Shown one piece after another: positions 25,330 to 38,551 of a stretch of DNA of 64,000 bases (position 1 is its first letter; each line of letters begins with the position of its first letter). A model generated the notes under the pieces. It was not told the DNA's origin. It searched no databases and saw only the letters and a program-made list of their open reading frames with translations. This DNA comes from Octopus vulgaris. Taxonomy: Eukaryota. The DNA lies in NCBI GenBank assembly GCA_951406725.2, contig OX597831.1:8184001-8248000 (forward strand), in the 5' to 3' direction. The position numbers and the translations under genes are program-made.

Positions 25330-27479
25330 TGTATATATGTATATATATATGACTGGATGTTTGCATAGGTGTGCATATGTATGCTTAAGTATGACTGAAT
25401 GCTCATATTTATATGTAAAATGATTGCGTGTATAAATGTATGTGTGTATATTTACCTTTATGAATCTGTAGTGTATTGCATGCGGTATATGTGAATGCTT
25501 GGATGCATACCTGTATGTGTCAATGCATGTATGCATGCGTCGGTATGTAGGTACAAATGCATGCATGCATATTCGTATGCATTCGTGTATCTATGCATGT
25601 ATGAATGTATGTTTGTGCAACAGCTGCAGCCAAGAGCATCAACAATCCTCGTTAAATCTGAAACTTGAGTTATCAAAACCATTCTAAAATATCACAAACT
25701 GTCACGTTTTCAAAGACATTAAAAGAATAATGAAAAAAAAAAAAAAAGAAAATTCTTCAGTCATTTTTACTGTTTTATAATAAGTAATAATGATTTCTAA
25801 CATAGGCAACAAGATCACAAATACTGTGTGGTGGTGTGTGGTGTGGGGGTAGGTAGAGGAATAACCAATTAGAGTTTTTCCCCCAGTATTTGACTGGTAT
25901 CTGCTTTTAGCATCCCCAGAAGGATGATGACACACATAAAGTTCACTATGACAGATTGTAATTACTTGCACTACCATCAACTTTCATCATCATCATCATC
26001 ATCAGTAGCATCAATGATTTTACATTCAATGCACATTGTTGTCGTTTGAACCCATGCAAGCTCTAATCCAGCAAGCAGACTTATTTATATTCAAAAAGGT
26101 TTTAGCCAAACTGTCCCCTCTTTTTACAGGAAGTGGGTTGACAGTAACTTCAAAGTCTTGGCCTGGTAGCCTTTGTCTGACTGTACGGTCGGATGATTGC
26201 TACTAGCATCTTGGTTTCTAGAGTAGGTACACCACGGCTGTCCCCATGTCTTGTAAGGGGTAACTTAAAGCATTGGCAATTGGAAGAACGGCCAGCTGCC
26301 ACTGACTGACAAAATATAATAGACACACCATCAACATACATGGAAAAGTAAACATAAACCAATGATGATGATGATGTGGTTTAATTGAGCTTAACAAAGC
26401 TCAATGCAGGGTTCAAATCTCAACAGTGAGGGTTTTTTTTTTTAAATTTCCAATTGCTGTTTAAAAAGATATAACACTTACAATTCATGGATGTTTATAT
26501 ATTTATAACATCAGTTGTCAAGTGATGGTGGGGGGTGGAACAAACAGACAACAAACACACATATACATATATGTATACATACGATGGGCTTCTTTCAGTT
26601 TCCGTCTACCAAATTCACTCACAAGGCTTTGGTTGGCCTGAGGCTATAGTAGAAGTCACTTGCCCAGGGTGCCACGCAGTGGGACTGAACCCGGAACCAT
26701 GTGTTTACAGAAGATAAGGGTTTGTGTGTTTGTGTCCTGTGCGTGGAGGTAACCTTCAATATTTCTTCACCAAGGGGTTCTTTAACCTAATATTCTGCAT
26801 GGTGTTATTTACAGCTTTATCTACTAAAGGTTTCACCATTAAAGAAATATTTTATATAAGATATATATATATAATGTTATATGTACATAGAATAATTGTA
26901 TGTGTGTGTGTAGTTCCAAAATAGAAAGATTCTATTTAAGAACGTGAGGCTTGATTGAAAATAGTTCCAATGTTTTGGTTGAGTTTTGTTTTGGCTAACT
27001 CACCCACTTCAAAGAAACACTGAGTTAAGGCTGGGAATTAATCCTTTATTTCACACAATAAAAACCAGTCTATTTATTATAATATGGTTAAAGAATATTT
27101 TTTTAAGTATTTAACGATATTATTTTCCTGTGGAAGATCATTTCTACATTGGCATAAACATATCTTCATTTCTCTTCAATTGAACAAAGAAAAATGAACT
27201 AATTTTCTTTTACCACTCAATTTAAACTAATTCTTTTTATTGTTGTTTTTGTGCTTTCCAGGATCAATATCTTACTTAGAATTTCTAAATTGTCTTTTTG
27301 CTTTTTGTAAATATTACTTTTATTATTATTATTTCTTTCTTTTTCGTATATATCCAAGAATTTTGTCGAATGGCAGCTGTCAGTTAATTTATTTTTCTTT
27401 CTATAAATATCTTCCCCACATTAAAAGATAAGTAAGTAGTGTAAGGAAGTTAAGAGAGGTGGATTTAGAGGTTATACAA

Positions 27480-27720
27480 GAAAAAGAGTCTGTTAAAAGC
27501 CAGGTATACGAGTGTGATAAGGAAAACAGATGAAAGCTGCAAAGTTGTAATGTTTAGAATAACAAAACCTGATGCTAAAGGGAAGTTTGGATGTCACACG
27601 AGAGAGAACTGTGTAATGATATTGGAATGTTGGCCCTTAGTGACAATAGCAGACAAAATGTTGCTAAAACATTTATACAGGTGTCTTCTAAATAAAGAAA
27701 ATGACTGGCAGAAAAGGTAT
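27480..27720 (+). mobile_element. Degenerate RTE LINE internal fragment (region upstream of RT)
   Basis: Translation ...VMFRITK...ENCV...K.LLKHLYRCLLNKENDW resembles the RTE FRIAK...EKCV...WK.HYE.LLN.EN.W linker (from memory). Confidence 0.5.
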
Positions 27721-28145
27721 TGTTCCATGCTGACTCAGTCTTCAGCTGCAGAAAACGTCTTATAAAGCTAAAAGGGTCTAAGAACCGCTTTGGTTATTCT
27801 GATGTCTGTTTCTGTATTTAATGGATAGCAATGGAGTATTTACATAATCAGAGAACTTGTAGATCAGATAGATGTAAAAGCAGCAGACCGGGTCACAGAG
27901 TTAATGGAAGAGAAAAAAAAATGAAGGTAAATAGCAAACACTTAGAGTCTGCTCTACCGGAGAACTTGGCGTGTGATAGGAATTACTAAAGGAACACTAT
28001 GGTTCTTTTTGTTATTTTGTTGACTTTGAGCAGACGTTTACAATCACAGTGCTGCTGCAGTACACTTGTGTTCCAATATTTGCTTCACTGTTGTCATGAG
28101 TTTCCGAGGACAGCTTGAAAATATCATCATCATCATCATCATCAT

Positions 28146-28374
28146 TTAACCCTCTTGCTACCAACCCGGCTGAAACCACTTCTGGCTCTGTAGTACAAAT
28201 GTTCTGGTTTCTTAAGTTTTGAATTAAATTTTTCCACCAAACCTTAGTCACAATTTATGTTCCTAACACCAGCTTAATGATAACTAAGTTATTTTACCAA
28301 ATTCTTTGTTATATTTAAAATTAATTGAAAGAAACACGGAGCATCTCAAAATAAATACGCAATGAAAGGGTTAA
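28146..28374. mobile_element. piggyBac-type MITE, family B, inserted in the TTAA of an RTE-type SINE tail
   Basis: (CAT)n-T-TTAA-CCC ... GGG-TTAA-TGTCCACTTTTCC; removing the MITE restores the tail. Confidence 0.85.
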
Positions 28375-28499
28375 TGTCCACTTTTCCACTCTAACATGGC
28401 TCAGACAAAATTTGTTGAGGTAAATTTTTTAATGGCCAGATGCCCCTCCTGTCACCAACCCTCGCCTGTTTCCACATTCTCAACAGTCTCATAAGGCAT

Positions 28500-29030
28500 A
28501 TTGATTGTTAAAAGAATACTTTTCAATTTACCTTTATACCTGAACCAAATCCATCCAAAGTTCCTGTGTCCACTATCAAGCTAGTATGGTAACTTTAGGA
28601 ATTCTTTCGTCATTCATTCTGATGACATGACCAACCCAGCAGACTTGTGATTGTCTTCAAGATTTTAACCAAAAATTGCTTAAAGACAGCCTTTATATAA
28701 AAGATATCTGGTTGGTTGATGTACAACCTGTGTAGAGTCCAAGATGAGTTTTATGCTCATCTCATTCCAGAAATGATGATGGAGTTCACCAAAGGCACTG
28801 GCAGCTTTCCCTATAATATAGGGAAGATGCATTTGACCTCACCATATTGCCAAGATTAGTGAATGGGTTCACATGCTTGAGATTCTTTCCATCAACCTTT
28901 ATAGGGATATCTGGGACCCGGTGTTTCCTGTTAGGCACCTTGAATTCGTTTGGGCATAAAGCATAGCTTGGTGGATCATCTCCACTTTGCTTTTAACACT
29001 TATACACACATGCATTACAAAGGTTGACAG
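28500..29030 (-). mobile_element. RTE/BovB-like LINE RT C-terminal fossil
   Basis: Minus-strand pieces ISVKSKVEMIHQ / PDIPIKVDGKNLKHVNPFTNLGNMV / IGKAASAFGEL / QSQVCWVGHVIRMNDERIPKV follow the RTE motif order (F.YLG, KA..AFG.L, RW.GHV.RM...R.PK). Confidence 0.8.
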
Positions 29031-29079
29031 GTACAAGCTCCTTAAGTAGCTCTCACCTTTTATGATTATATATATATAT

Positions 29080-29294
29080 TCAAAATGTGACCGCATGTGT
29101 ACTGTTGGCAATTTTTTCCCTCCGTCTTCCCTTCCTTGAATCTTTCCTTTTCCTATGTTTCTGATGAAGAGCTCCGCTCAAAACGTTAAAACCTCCTTCT
29201 TTCTTTCCTTTCCTGAGCGTCCAATAACACTATACTTGTTCCACGTCCTCGTGTTGTTGTGTTTTCTCTTTGTTTTTTCATGTTTGGATTAACT
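29080..29294 (+). mobile_element. Short element in (TA)n with a hammerhead-like core (probable Penelope-like terminal repeat)
   Basis: CTGATGA-A-GAGC-TCC-GCTC-AAAACGTT at 29161-29187; flanked by TA repeats on both sides. Confidence 0.6.
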
Positions 29295-29295
29295 A

Positions 29296-29340
<45 letters not shown>

Positions 29341-29342
29341 TC

Positions 29343-29680
29343 TGTGAAGGTGCATGGCTCAATGGTTAGAGCATCGAGCTTATGATCGTAAGGTTGTGAG
29401 TTCAATTCGCAGACCAGGCTGCATGTTGTGTTCTTGAGCAAGACACTTTATTTCACATTGCTCCAGTTCACTCAGCTGTAGAAATGAGTTGTGACATCAC
29501 TGGTGTCAAGCTGTATCGGCCCCTTTGCCTTTCCCTTGGATAACATCAGTGGCGTGGAAAGAGAAAGGTGGTATACATAGGTGACTGCTGGCCTTCCACA
29601 AACAACCTTGCCCGGACTTGTGCCTCGGAGGTTAACTTTCTAGGTGCAATCCCATGGTCATTCATGACCAAAGGGTGTCA
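29343..29680 (+). mobile_element. tRNA-derived CORE-type SINE, family 3
   Basis: TGGCTCAATGGTTAGAGC (A box), GAGTTCAATTC (B-box-like), then TTCTTGAGCAAGACACTTTATTTCAC core. Confidence 0.8.
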
Positions 29681-31006
29681 CGACAACAGCAACAATACAA
29701 TGATATATATACTCTATATTTTGTATAGAGTTCTATATTAGGTAATGTTTAATCACAGTGTACATTATACTGATATATGTTAAGTACCCACATCATCCTT
29801 GCTTTAATGTACACTTTTCTATGCTTGCGTGGATCAGACAAAACCCATTCAGACAGAGTCTCTATGGCTGGATGCTCTTCCTATTACCAATCCTCATTGA
29901 TAGATAATTCCATGAAGAAGAATTGATTTATTTTACAGAAACAAGATAACTCATCAAATAATTTGAATTCTCTTCATAGACATTTCTTTTCTGTGCGTGT
30001 GTGTGTGTGTGTAGTTGCAAGTAGAACTGTTTGGTTTGGTTTGGTTATCTATTGATTTTTGGAAAGTAATTGGAATTTTCAGAACTGTTCACTGTTCAGT
30101 TTATCATTTGTAACTTGTGGAGATTGGTGGTGTGTAATAAATGCCTTTTAGTGACTTTTGCTTTGCTAGTGACATCTCACAGTCAGAAAGTACTAATCAA
30201 CTTATATAGAGCCAACAAGATAAGCAGTTCTTTCTCTCCTTCCCCCCTCTCTCTAAATCATGGAGTCATCATCATCATCACTATCATCATCATCATCATC
30301 ATCATCACCATCATCATTTAGTGTCCATTTTCCTTCCTGGCATGGGTTGAGTGGTTTGACAGGACCCAGCAAGCCTAAGGACTGCTCCAAGTTCCAGTTT
30401 CAGCCTTGACATGATTTCTATAGCTACATGCCCTTCCAAATGCCAACCACCCTGCAATGGCACTAGGGTACATTTTTTTCTTCTCCTGCCACTGGAACTA
30501 GTGAGGTCACCAGGTAACTCACCAGACTCTTGTCTGAGTTTGGGTGCAGCATAGAGACAGATGGCTTTCTGGCAGGTGACGAGGGGCCAAAATATGATAA
30601 TGGAGACAGGAATAGATGTCTCGCTGTGGAGGAGACACATGGCTACCCCTACAGGAAAAGGAGAAAGGGTTGTGGAGATGAAGTGACAGGGCCTACCATT
30701 GAGGGACGGGAAGGTGGATAAGGAGGAAACAGAGACTTAAAAATGAGTAGTGAGGTCAACATGAACAGCTGAAACTCTGCAGGGTATTGCCCCAGCATGA
30801 GCACTGTCTGATGACTAAAACAAGGAAAGGCACAATAGAAAGACAAAGGTAACTGAAAATGATCAGGAAATGGACTGACCCCTGAAAAGATTGCTTAAAA
30901 GAATCTTGGAATAAAACAAGTGAGGTTAATAGTCAGGTAATCTAGAATAGAGCTTAGTAATAATTCCTCTCATACATTTCAACTACATGATGGTCATGAG
31001 AGTAAT

Positions 31007-31043
<37 letters not shown>

Positions 31044-31139
31044 TGCAATCATTGTGATTCTTTTGTTTTGTGGAATATTGAATAACAGATTTATTGAAAT
31101 CAGGTTTTGGATTTGGTTGTTTTGTTTTTTTTGCTGTGT

Positions 31140-31186
31140 ATGGGTTTTTGGATTGCCCAGGATTTTTTCCTATTGTGTATTTCGAG
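31140..31186 (+). CDS. Candidate alternative N-terminal coding segment MGFWIAQDFFLLCIS(R/S), phase-2 donor
   Basis: ATG open to a strong GAG|GTAATT donor in unique sequence. No homology recognised. Confidence 0.2.
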
Positions 31187-32602
31187 GTAATTTGAATAAA
31201 ATTTGTTTCACTTAGTCCTTATCTCTCTTGTAATCCAAACACATACATACATACACACATTCCAATGTCGTTTTCTTGTAGTTATTATATTTTTGGCGAA
31301 ATAAAATAATTTCTGTTGTTTTGAATAATAATATACAGGATATGTGATGCTGACACACTCACACTAACACACACAGACACACACACACACACACACACAT
31401 GCACAAACACACTCATGCACGTATACATATGACATAAAAATACATTTGTAAAATGTAATCATGTTTATGTTGTAAATTTTATAGAACTGCGGAATTTAAA
31501 AATCTTTATGGTATAAATACCGTATTCCAACCTCTAGGTATAAATTGATTATCATGGCATGGTTTTTGTTGTCTGCGTTCTTCAAGGAATTCAATAGACC
31601 GAAAAACAAAACAAAAAACAGCACCACACTTTTGGTAGGCTATAACTAGACATCTGAAGTCTTTCATCAAAACAATTTAATTAGCTATATTATGTTTTTC
31701 TTTTGTTTGAATTTTATTTACTTTTTTGACCTTTCAGCTGTTATCCTTCAAAAACATTAGCTACTGGGCATGAGGGTGGTGAGGCGTGGTGTGGATACCA
31801 AAATACAAAACCAAAGTATATTTATGCTAAATAAATAGATGGTGGCTGGTGAAAGTTATAGTGGTGGAGGAATTGCGGGGAGGGGGAATTAACTTGTATT
31901 TGTGTCTTATATATATAATATATATATAATATATATATATATATGTGTATATGTATGCATGTATGTTTGTGTGTATCCACATCTGCTGATTGAATTAAAG
32001 TGAATAGCTGTTGAATATGAAAGGAGACTAATTACGGTTTGATAAATATCAACTTAAGGAAGTAACACCAGTTTGTTTATTTTACTTATTATTTTATGCT
32101 ACATTTTGTTTTACACTTATTAAAGAACATTCTCATAAAAAAAAAAAGTGACAATATTGTGATTTGTTTTTTTTTCTTCTTTATCTTCATTTTTATTGCA
32201 TATTTGAATTGAATTTTAACTTGGAATTTTTATCCCAGACTCTTTTTTTTTTTTTTTTTTTTTTTTTGTTGTACCATCAACTCTCTTCCACCTTCCCCAC
32301 TTCCTCTGCTGCCAACACTAATTCATTTATGTCCATTTTCTATCCTCATTTCTTTTGCCATATATCTTCTGAAGGATTTTTTTCTTATTCTTCATTTGGT
32401 TTTCAATGTATTAAATGTTCTAAAAGTGTCTGTAGACATCCTTTCTCCCCAAAACACTGTGGCCATCCTTAGTCAAATACATTCTTTCTCCCAGCCATAG
32501 TAATCCACTTGGAATGTAGCTCTGTCCCTGAAAAACCATAATTCCACAAACGTCTAATTTACCAATTTCCTCATAGATTGAAAAAAAAAATGATGAACAG
32601 CC

Positions 32603-33003
32603 TTAGGTGCAGGAGTGGCTGTGTGGTAAGTAGCTTGCTTACCAACCACGTGGTTCCAGGTTCAGTCCCACAGTATGGCACCTTGGGCAAGTATATTCTA
32701 CTATAGCCTTGGGCCAACCAAAGCTTTATGAGTGGATTTGGTAGACGGAAAGTGAAAGAAGCCTGCTGTATATATATGTATGTATGTATGTATGTATATG
32801 TTTGTGTGTCTATGTTTGCCCCCCCCCAACATCACTTGACAACCGATGCTAGTGTGTTTATGTCCCTTGTAACTTAGCGGTTCAGCAAAAGTGAATGACA
32901 GAATAGGTACTAGGCTTACAAAGAACAAGTCCTGGGGTTGACTTGCTCGACTAAAGGTGGTGTTCCAGCATGGCTGCAGTCAAATCACTGAAACAAGTAA
33001 AAG
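32603..33003 (+). mobile_element. Full-length SINE family 2 (tail A), reference-quality copy
   Basis: GGTGCAGGAGTGGCTGTGTGGTAAG...GGTTCAGTCCCAC...GGCACCTTGGGCAAG...(TATG)n...GAAACAAGTAAAAG; possible TSD GCCTTA on both sides. Confidence 0.9.
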
Positions 33004-33264
33004 GGCCTTAATTGGTTTTTGACCCTTATAAGGATTCTCATCTGAAGTGTCTAAAACAATTGACCAATCCCAGAGAAGCCAGTAACCAATCTGTTTATAT
33101 CCTCATGGAATCCAGAGGCTTTAAGAAACAATGAAAGCAACAATAATGTGTTTTTCAAAGCTCTGACCCGTAATACTTTAGATTTAGGATTTCAACCTCT
33201 CTGCATGTTTTATGTATGTTTTTCATATTTCATCTTCATTGCTCTAAAAACGCCAATATGATAG

Positions 33265-33601
33265 ATGCAGGCATGGCTGTATAATAAAGAAGTTCCAATC
33301 ACATGGTTCCAGGTTCGATCCCACTGCATATCACCTTTGGTAAATGTCTTCTATTGTAGCCCCAGGCTAATTAAAGTCTTAGGGGTGGATTTGGATGGTA
33401 GAAACTGAAAAAAGCCCATCGTGTGTGTGGTATCTATGTTTGTATGTATGTATGTATAGGGAGAGTTTATGAAAAAGACAAAGACAGGTGGTATACAAAA
33501 CAAACAGATGTATTAGTATAACGCTCAGGAATAGAAAAAGTCTTTTACGTTTTGAGCCTACGCTCTTCTACAGAAAGGGACACAGAAAAAACAAGGAGAG
33601 A

Positions 33602-33657
<56 letters not shown>

Positions 33658-33834
33658 ATCACTCAGATGATAGGTGAGAGCCTGTTATGCTTAGTATAGA
33701 AAACACGTAGTAGTGCTCAAATGAATTTGGACTCTAAATTCTTCATCCAGGTCTGCAGCGCCAAAAGTGGCTATAAGAGAAATCCAGAATGAGTTGATAT
33801 GGGAGTTGTGACACAATTAGGCTTGGTATATATA

Positions 33835-33874
<40 letters not shown>

Positions 33875-34120
33875 TGTGCACGTTTGTTTGTTTGTTTCCC
33901 TGTCTTGATGTTGCCTGATAATTCTAAAACCCACTCCATCATACAAGGAGTGTCCATCATTTCTAATCTTCCGCAGAAAACATATCTGGTTTCGGGGAAA
34001 TATTAGCTCACTTAGAGACAGCTGAGGGTTGGTGACCGGAAGAACATCCAGTGGACAAAAATATACCTCAGGGAATTCCATCTGATGCACGTGAGAATGG
34101 GAAAAGCAATGTTAAAATGA
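33265..34120 (+). mobile_element. SINE family 2 (tail B) split by nested insertions in its microsatellite
   Basis: Head at 33265-33425 and tail B at 33880-34120. Between them lie a hammerhead-bearing element (33459-33604, -) and an unknown segment (33660-33835). Confidence 0.7.
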
Positions 34121-35209
34121 TTCCAATGATGGTCATAATATTTTTCAAAGTAAAAGACAGAGATGGAATGTATGGCAGATTCTTATAGTCTTTTGGTTTT
34201 GTAGCAAGATCTGAAGAGTGGAGTCTCCAATGCAATTTCACTTCCAACCAAAACCATCTCACTTTGCTTATGACACTGTTAATAACATTAGAAAAACACA
34301 CAAACCATTAAAAAGCCTCAACATAGTCACTTGATTTGCTAGAAATTGCAGCCAAACCTTCCCCAAATCACATACAGTATAGTTCCTGATATATATATAA
34401 AAAGAAAAACAGTGTTTTACCTTTGATCATAGGTCTGCTCAATATGAGCTGACCTGGGGTCAAACAGTAACCTTATCATTACAGCTACCCCCTCCCCCCA
34501 CCTCCTTTAAGTATAAGGATCTGTGCATCTGGTAAAAAAAAAAAGAAAAGAAAATTTATATGAAGAAAAAACACAGCAGCTGTGGTAATGAATTCTTGGA
34601 AAGCCATATTTTCTTTGGTCTCCAGATGATGTCCGTGATCATTCCTCATTGCAACAGCATGCCATGTCCCCCTTTAACGAGATATAACTGTTAATGAAAC
34701 AGATAATTGAAAAGAACTTGATATCATAATTTGCTTTTATTAAAAACAAAAAAAAAAGAAAGAAAGAAAAGAAAGAAGGAAGGAAAGCAAATTATTTTGT
34801 CGTGCTGTATTAATTAGTGCTGTAATAGCTGCTGCTTCTTGTGTGTCAGATCTCTTATATTACAGTTCTGTTAATGTTTTAATAAAGGGAAGCAGCAAGA
34901 GAAGATGATGATGATGATGATGATAATGGTAATAATAATAATAATACTAATAATAACCGTTACCAGACCTCAGTCATTGTCTGCCAGACAAAGCAGTTGT
35001 TTTGTGTTGGTATTTTTAGATAAGGACTTTGTTGTTACAGGTTTTTATGTCGTGTGTCTGGTTTACGAGAATATTATCATTATTATTATTATTACATTAG
35101 AAAGAGAGAGAGATGGTGGTGGTGGGGGGCAATGAAGATTGTTGCTGTTGAGCTCACTGGAGGGTTAATGGCTTGTGTCATAACAACTGGAAAGTGTACA
35201 ATACCTACC

Positions 35210-35240
<31 letters not shown>

Positions 35241-35384
35241 CCCAAGACTTTCTAACTCTTGTCTGCACAGTCTATCTGCCCGTGTAAAGGTACCATGGTG
35301 CAGTGCTAATAAATTGCTTGCAGCTGCTGCTCACCAATATAAAACAGGAGAGATTCTGTGATAAGATGGATTTCATTCTGTTGC

Positions 35385-35806
<422 letters not shown>

Positions 35807-36009
35807 CAACAAGTTTCTCTTTTTTTCACTTGATGAGTCTGGAGGAGGGGACAGAGCCCACGGCTCTTGCAGTCCTTCCTAAACTGATGAGATTAATGTC
35901 GTTAATATTCTGTTTGAACTGTTGCCAGTTAATCATCATCATCATCATTTAATGTCTGCCTTCTGTGCAGGCATGAGTTGGATGAGCCCGCCAGGTAGAA
36001 GACTACCCC

Positions 36010-36295
36010 AGGCTACTGTCTGTGAATATCTGCAGGAAAGAGATATGAACATCATTTGGGGATGAAGGATTGGATAGAGAGGTTAGTGCCGGGGGAAAGA
36101 GATGAGAGTTGGACACACAAAAGGTGCTGAAAGATGGGGGAGAGAAGCTGGTTGAGTGAGGGTGGAGGTTCAAGACCAGCCAACTCAGGACAGCAGAGGC
36201 CATTGTAACAGTTGTAAAAAAATGACAGAGAGCAGATACAGAATACATGTGAGTGAGAGGTTGAAACTGGACAACTGAGTCCCAGGGCTAAAAGA
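36010..36295 (-). mobile_element. CR1/L2-like LINE 3' fragment
   Basis: Minus-strand VSALC / LSFFYNCYNGLCCPELAGLEPP...SFIP resembles the CR1-group C-terminal V..L..FY.YYNG.CS.EL..L.PP...SF.P motif. Confidence 0.6.
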
Positions 36296-37127
36296 AAAAA
36301 ATACATCCCGGGTCAGGACAACGTCCCTCTGTCTCCATTGGAAGTTCAGCCCTCCCTCCCTCCGTCCACCACCCCCTCTCGTTACTACCTCTAATTTAGA
36401 TGGTGATCCTTTAAGTGTGTTTTGACAATAAGACTCATTATTTTGTTGTTGGCCCTGGAATTTGAAGAGAAAAAAATCCTTGAAAACAAAAGTTAAATCT
36501 GACACAGAATGAGACAACCGTTTCTTTATAAACAGATTTAGTAGAGAAATCAGAAATACCTCCTTTTCTTCTTCACATCACTGTCAGACGAGGAAAGTAC
36601 GAAGATTGAAAGTGGAATGAACTAAAAGAAAACAAAAAACAAAAATATCATTTGACCAAATATAAACAAGATTTTCTAGAATTTCAGGACCACTAAGAGA
36701 GTTGAGATTAAACGAAAAACTGGGATTTGGAGGATAACGTTTCAGATGGATCTGAAGGAGGAAAATAGAAGAAGAAGAAGAAGGAGGAAGAAGAAGGAGG
36801 AGGAGGAAGAGGAGGAGTGTAGTTTGTGAAGTTAGCAGTTTGGGAATATCTAAGGAGAACATCTAAGTGGTTTAAGATAAAGTTTCAGTAAAGGAGACGA
36901 GCATTGGCAAAATTTTGCATCAGTTGTGTATCAGTTACAGAAATATATCTGAGTACATAACATGGAGGGGTTGTTTGTTATTTTTAAGTAGTAATAGTAG
37001 TGGTGGTGGTGGTGGTCAGCATCATTGGTGGTTGTGGAGTGGTGAGCATCATAGGTGGTGGTGATGTTTACTCTTCAAGGCCAACTCTGATTGCACAGGC
37101 CTTATAATCCAAAAGCATTTTAACTGT

Positions 37128-37357
37128 TTAACCCTTTCGTTACCAACCCGGCTGAAACTGGCTCTGGCTCTTTAGTACAAATGTCTTGTTTTCATAAGTT
37201 CTGAATTAAAATCTTCCGCCAAACCTTAGTCACAATTTATGTTCCTAACACTAGCTTAATGATACCTAAGTTATTTTACTAAATCCTTTGTTATATCTAT
37301 AATTAATTCAAAGAAATACAGAGCATCTCAAAATGAATACGGTAATGAAAGGGTTAA
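37128..37357. mobile_element. piggyBac-type MITE, family B (best-preserved copy)
   Basis: TTAA TSD; 13-bp TIR CCCTTTCGTTACC / GGTAATGAAAGGG (12/13 match); sits at the TTAA of a family-5 repeat end. Confidence 0.9.
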
Positions 37358-38049
37358 CCTTGGGTTGACTCTGAGTGAGCAGACCTATGATCAAAAGCAC
37401 TTTAACAGTTACCACTCATTTTTTTTCTTTTCTTTCTTTTGTTTTTAGTAGCATATATAACTACATCATTTAAAACGTCTATTCCAACTTGTTTTTCGTT
37501 TCCTGAAGATAGCAGAGTATGATTTGAGAGAGGTTTCGGCTTCTATTTCTAGCAGGTTGACTAATCACAAACACATTTTGAAAGGGTCACTTTTGGCAAT
37601 AATTAAAGCTGATTAATATTTTTTGTCACTTCTTACCACTCAGTCACACCCCATCACCATTGACCGAATGGTCTACTGTCGTCTATTTTCTGTTCTGTTG
37701 TGTATTTAAAATTTCTTTATCTGCACATACTGGTACAGGCTTGCTTCCCAACCACATGGTTCTGGGTTCGGTCCCGTTGTATGGCCCCTTAGGCAAGTGT
37801 CTTCTGTTATAACCTTGGACTTGTGAGTGGATTTAGTAGATGGAAACTAAAAAGAAGCCCATCATAAGTGTGTGTGTCCCACCACTGCTTGACAACCAGT
37901 GTTGGTGTGTTTACGTCCCCATAACTTAGTGGTTCAAGAACAAGACAAAGTGAGAAGTTGAGTTTGTGTGTTACACATTATCCACAAAGGGCAATCTGTG
38001 GGTTGGCAGATGAAAAAGGTCAAAGGTGATGACAAGCCAGTAGTCCTTC

Positions 38050-38545
38050 TTTTGGGGTAAATAAAATTAGCAAACACCTGTTGAATACTGGGGTCAATAT
38101 AATCAACTTTCACCCCCACCCCCCAAAATTGCTGGCCTTGTGCCACAATTTGGAACCTTTATTGTCATTATTAAGGTGGTGAGCTGGCAGAATCTTTAGC
38201 ACATTGGACGAAATACTTAGCAGTATTTTGCCTGTTGCTACATTCTGAATTCAAATTCTGCTGAGGTCGACTTTACCTTTCATCCTTTCAGGGTTGATAA
38301 ATTAAGTACCAGTTATGCACTGGAGTTTATATAACCAACTATCCCCCTCCCCCAAATTTCAAGCCTTATGCCTTTAGTAGAAAGGATTATTAAGACATTG
38401 AGGTAGCAGAATTGTGAAGGTGGCAGTTTTTCTTCGGACTCATTATGTTCTTAGTCCAAATTTTGACGAAATGAAGTACCAGTGGACTGAGAGTATAATG
38501 ATATCCTCTGTGCCCAAATTTGAAACCTTTGTTATTATTATTATC
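38050..38545 (+). mobile_element. Cluster of SINE family 1 copies and fragments
   Basis: 3' fragment at 38050-38160, full copy at 38172-38390, degenerate copy at 38398-38530, each ending in TTA repeats. Another copy at 39140-39350. Confidence 0.8.
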
Positions 38546-38551
38546 ATTATT

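Noticed and set aside
28801-28830. Hairpin TTCCCTATA-A-TATAGGGAA as a terminator or structural RNA
   Set aside because: It lies inside a decayed RTE fragment; short, and probably a deletion by-product.
29343-29420. tRNA gene
   Set aside because: A and B boxes are present, but there is no complete cloverleaf or terminator, and the sequence continues into a SINE body.
34626-34700. Terminal exon after TTTTCTTTGGTCTCCAG (also lone acceptors at 56928 and 61653)
   Set aside because: Acceptor-like only; short frames, no good donor and no homology.
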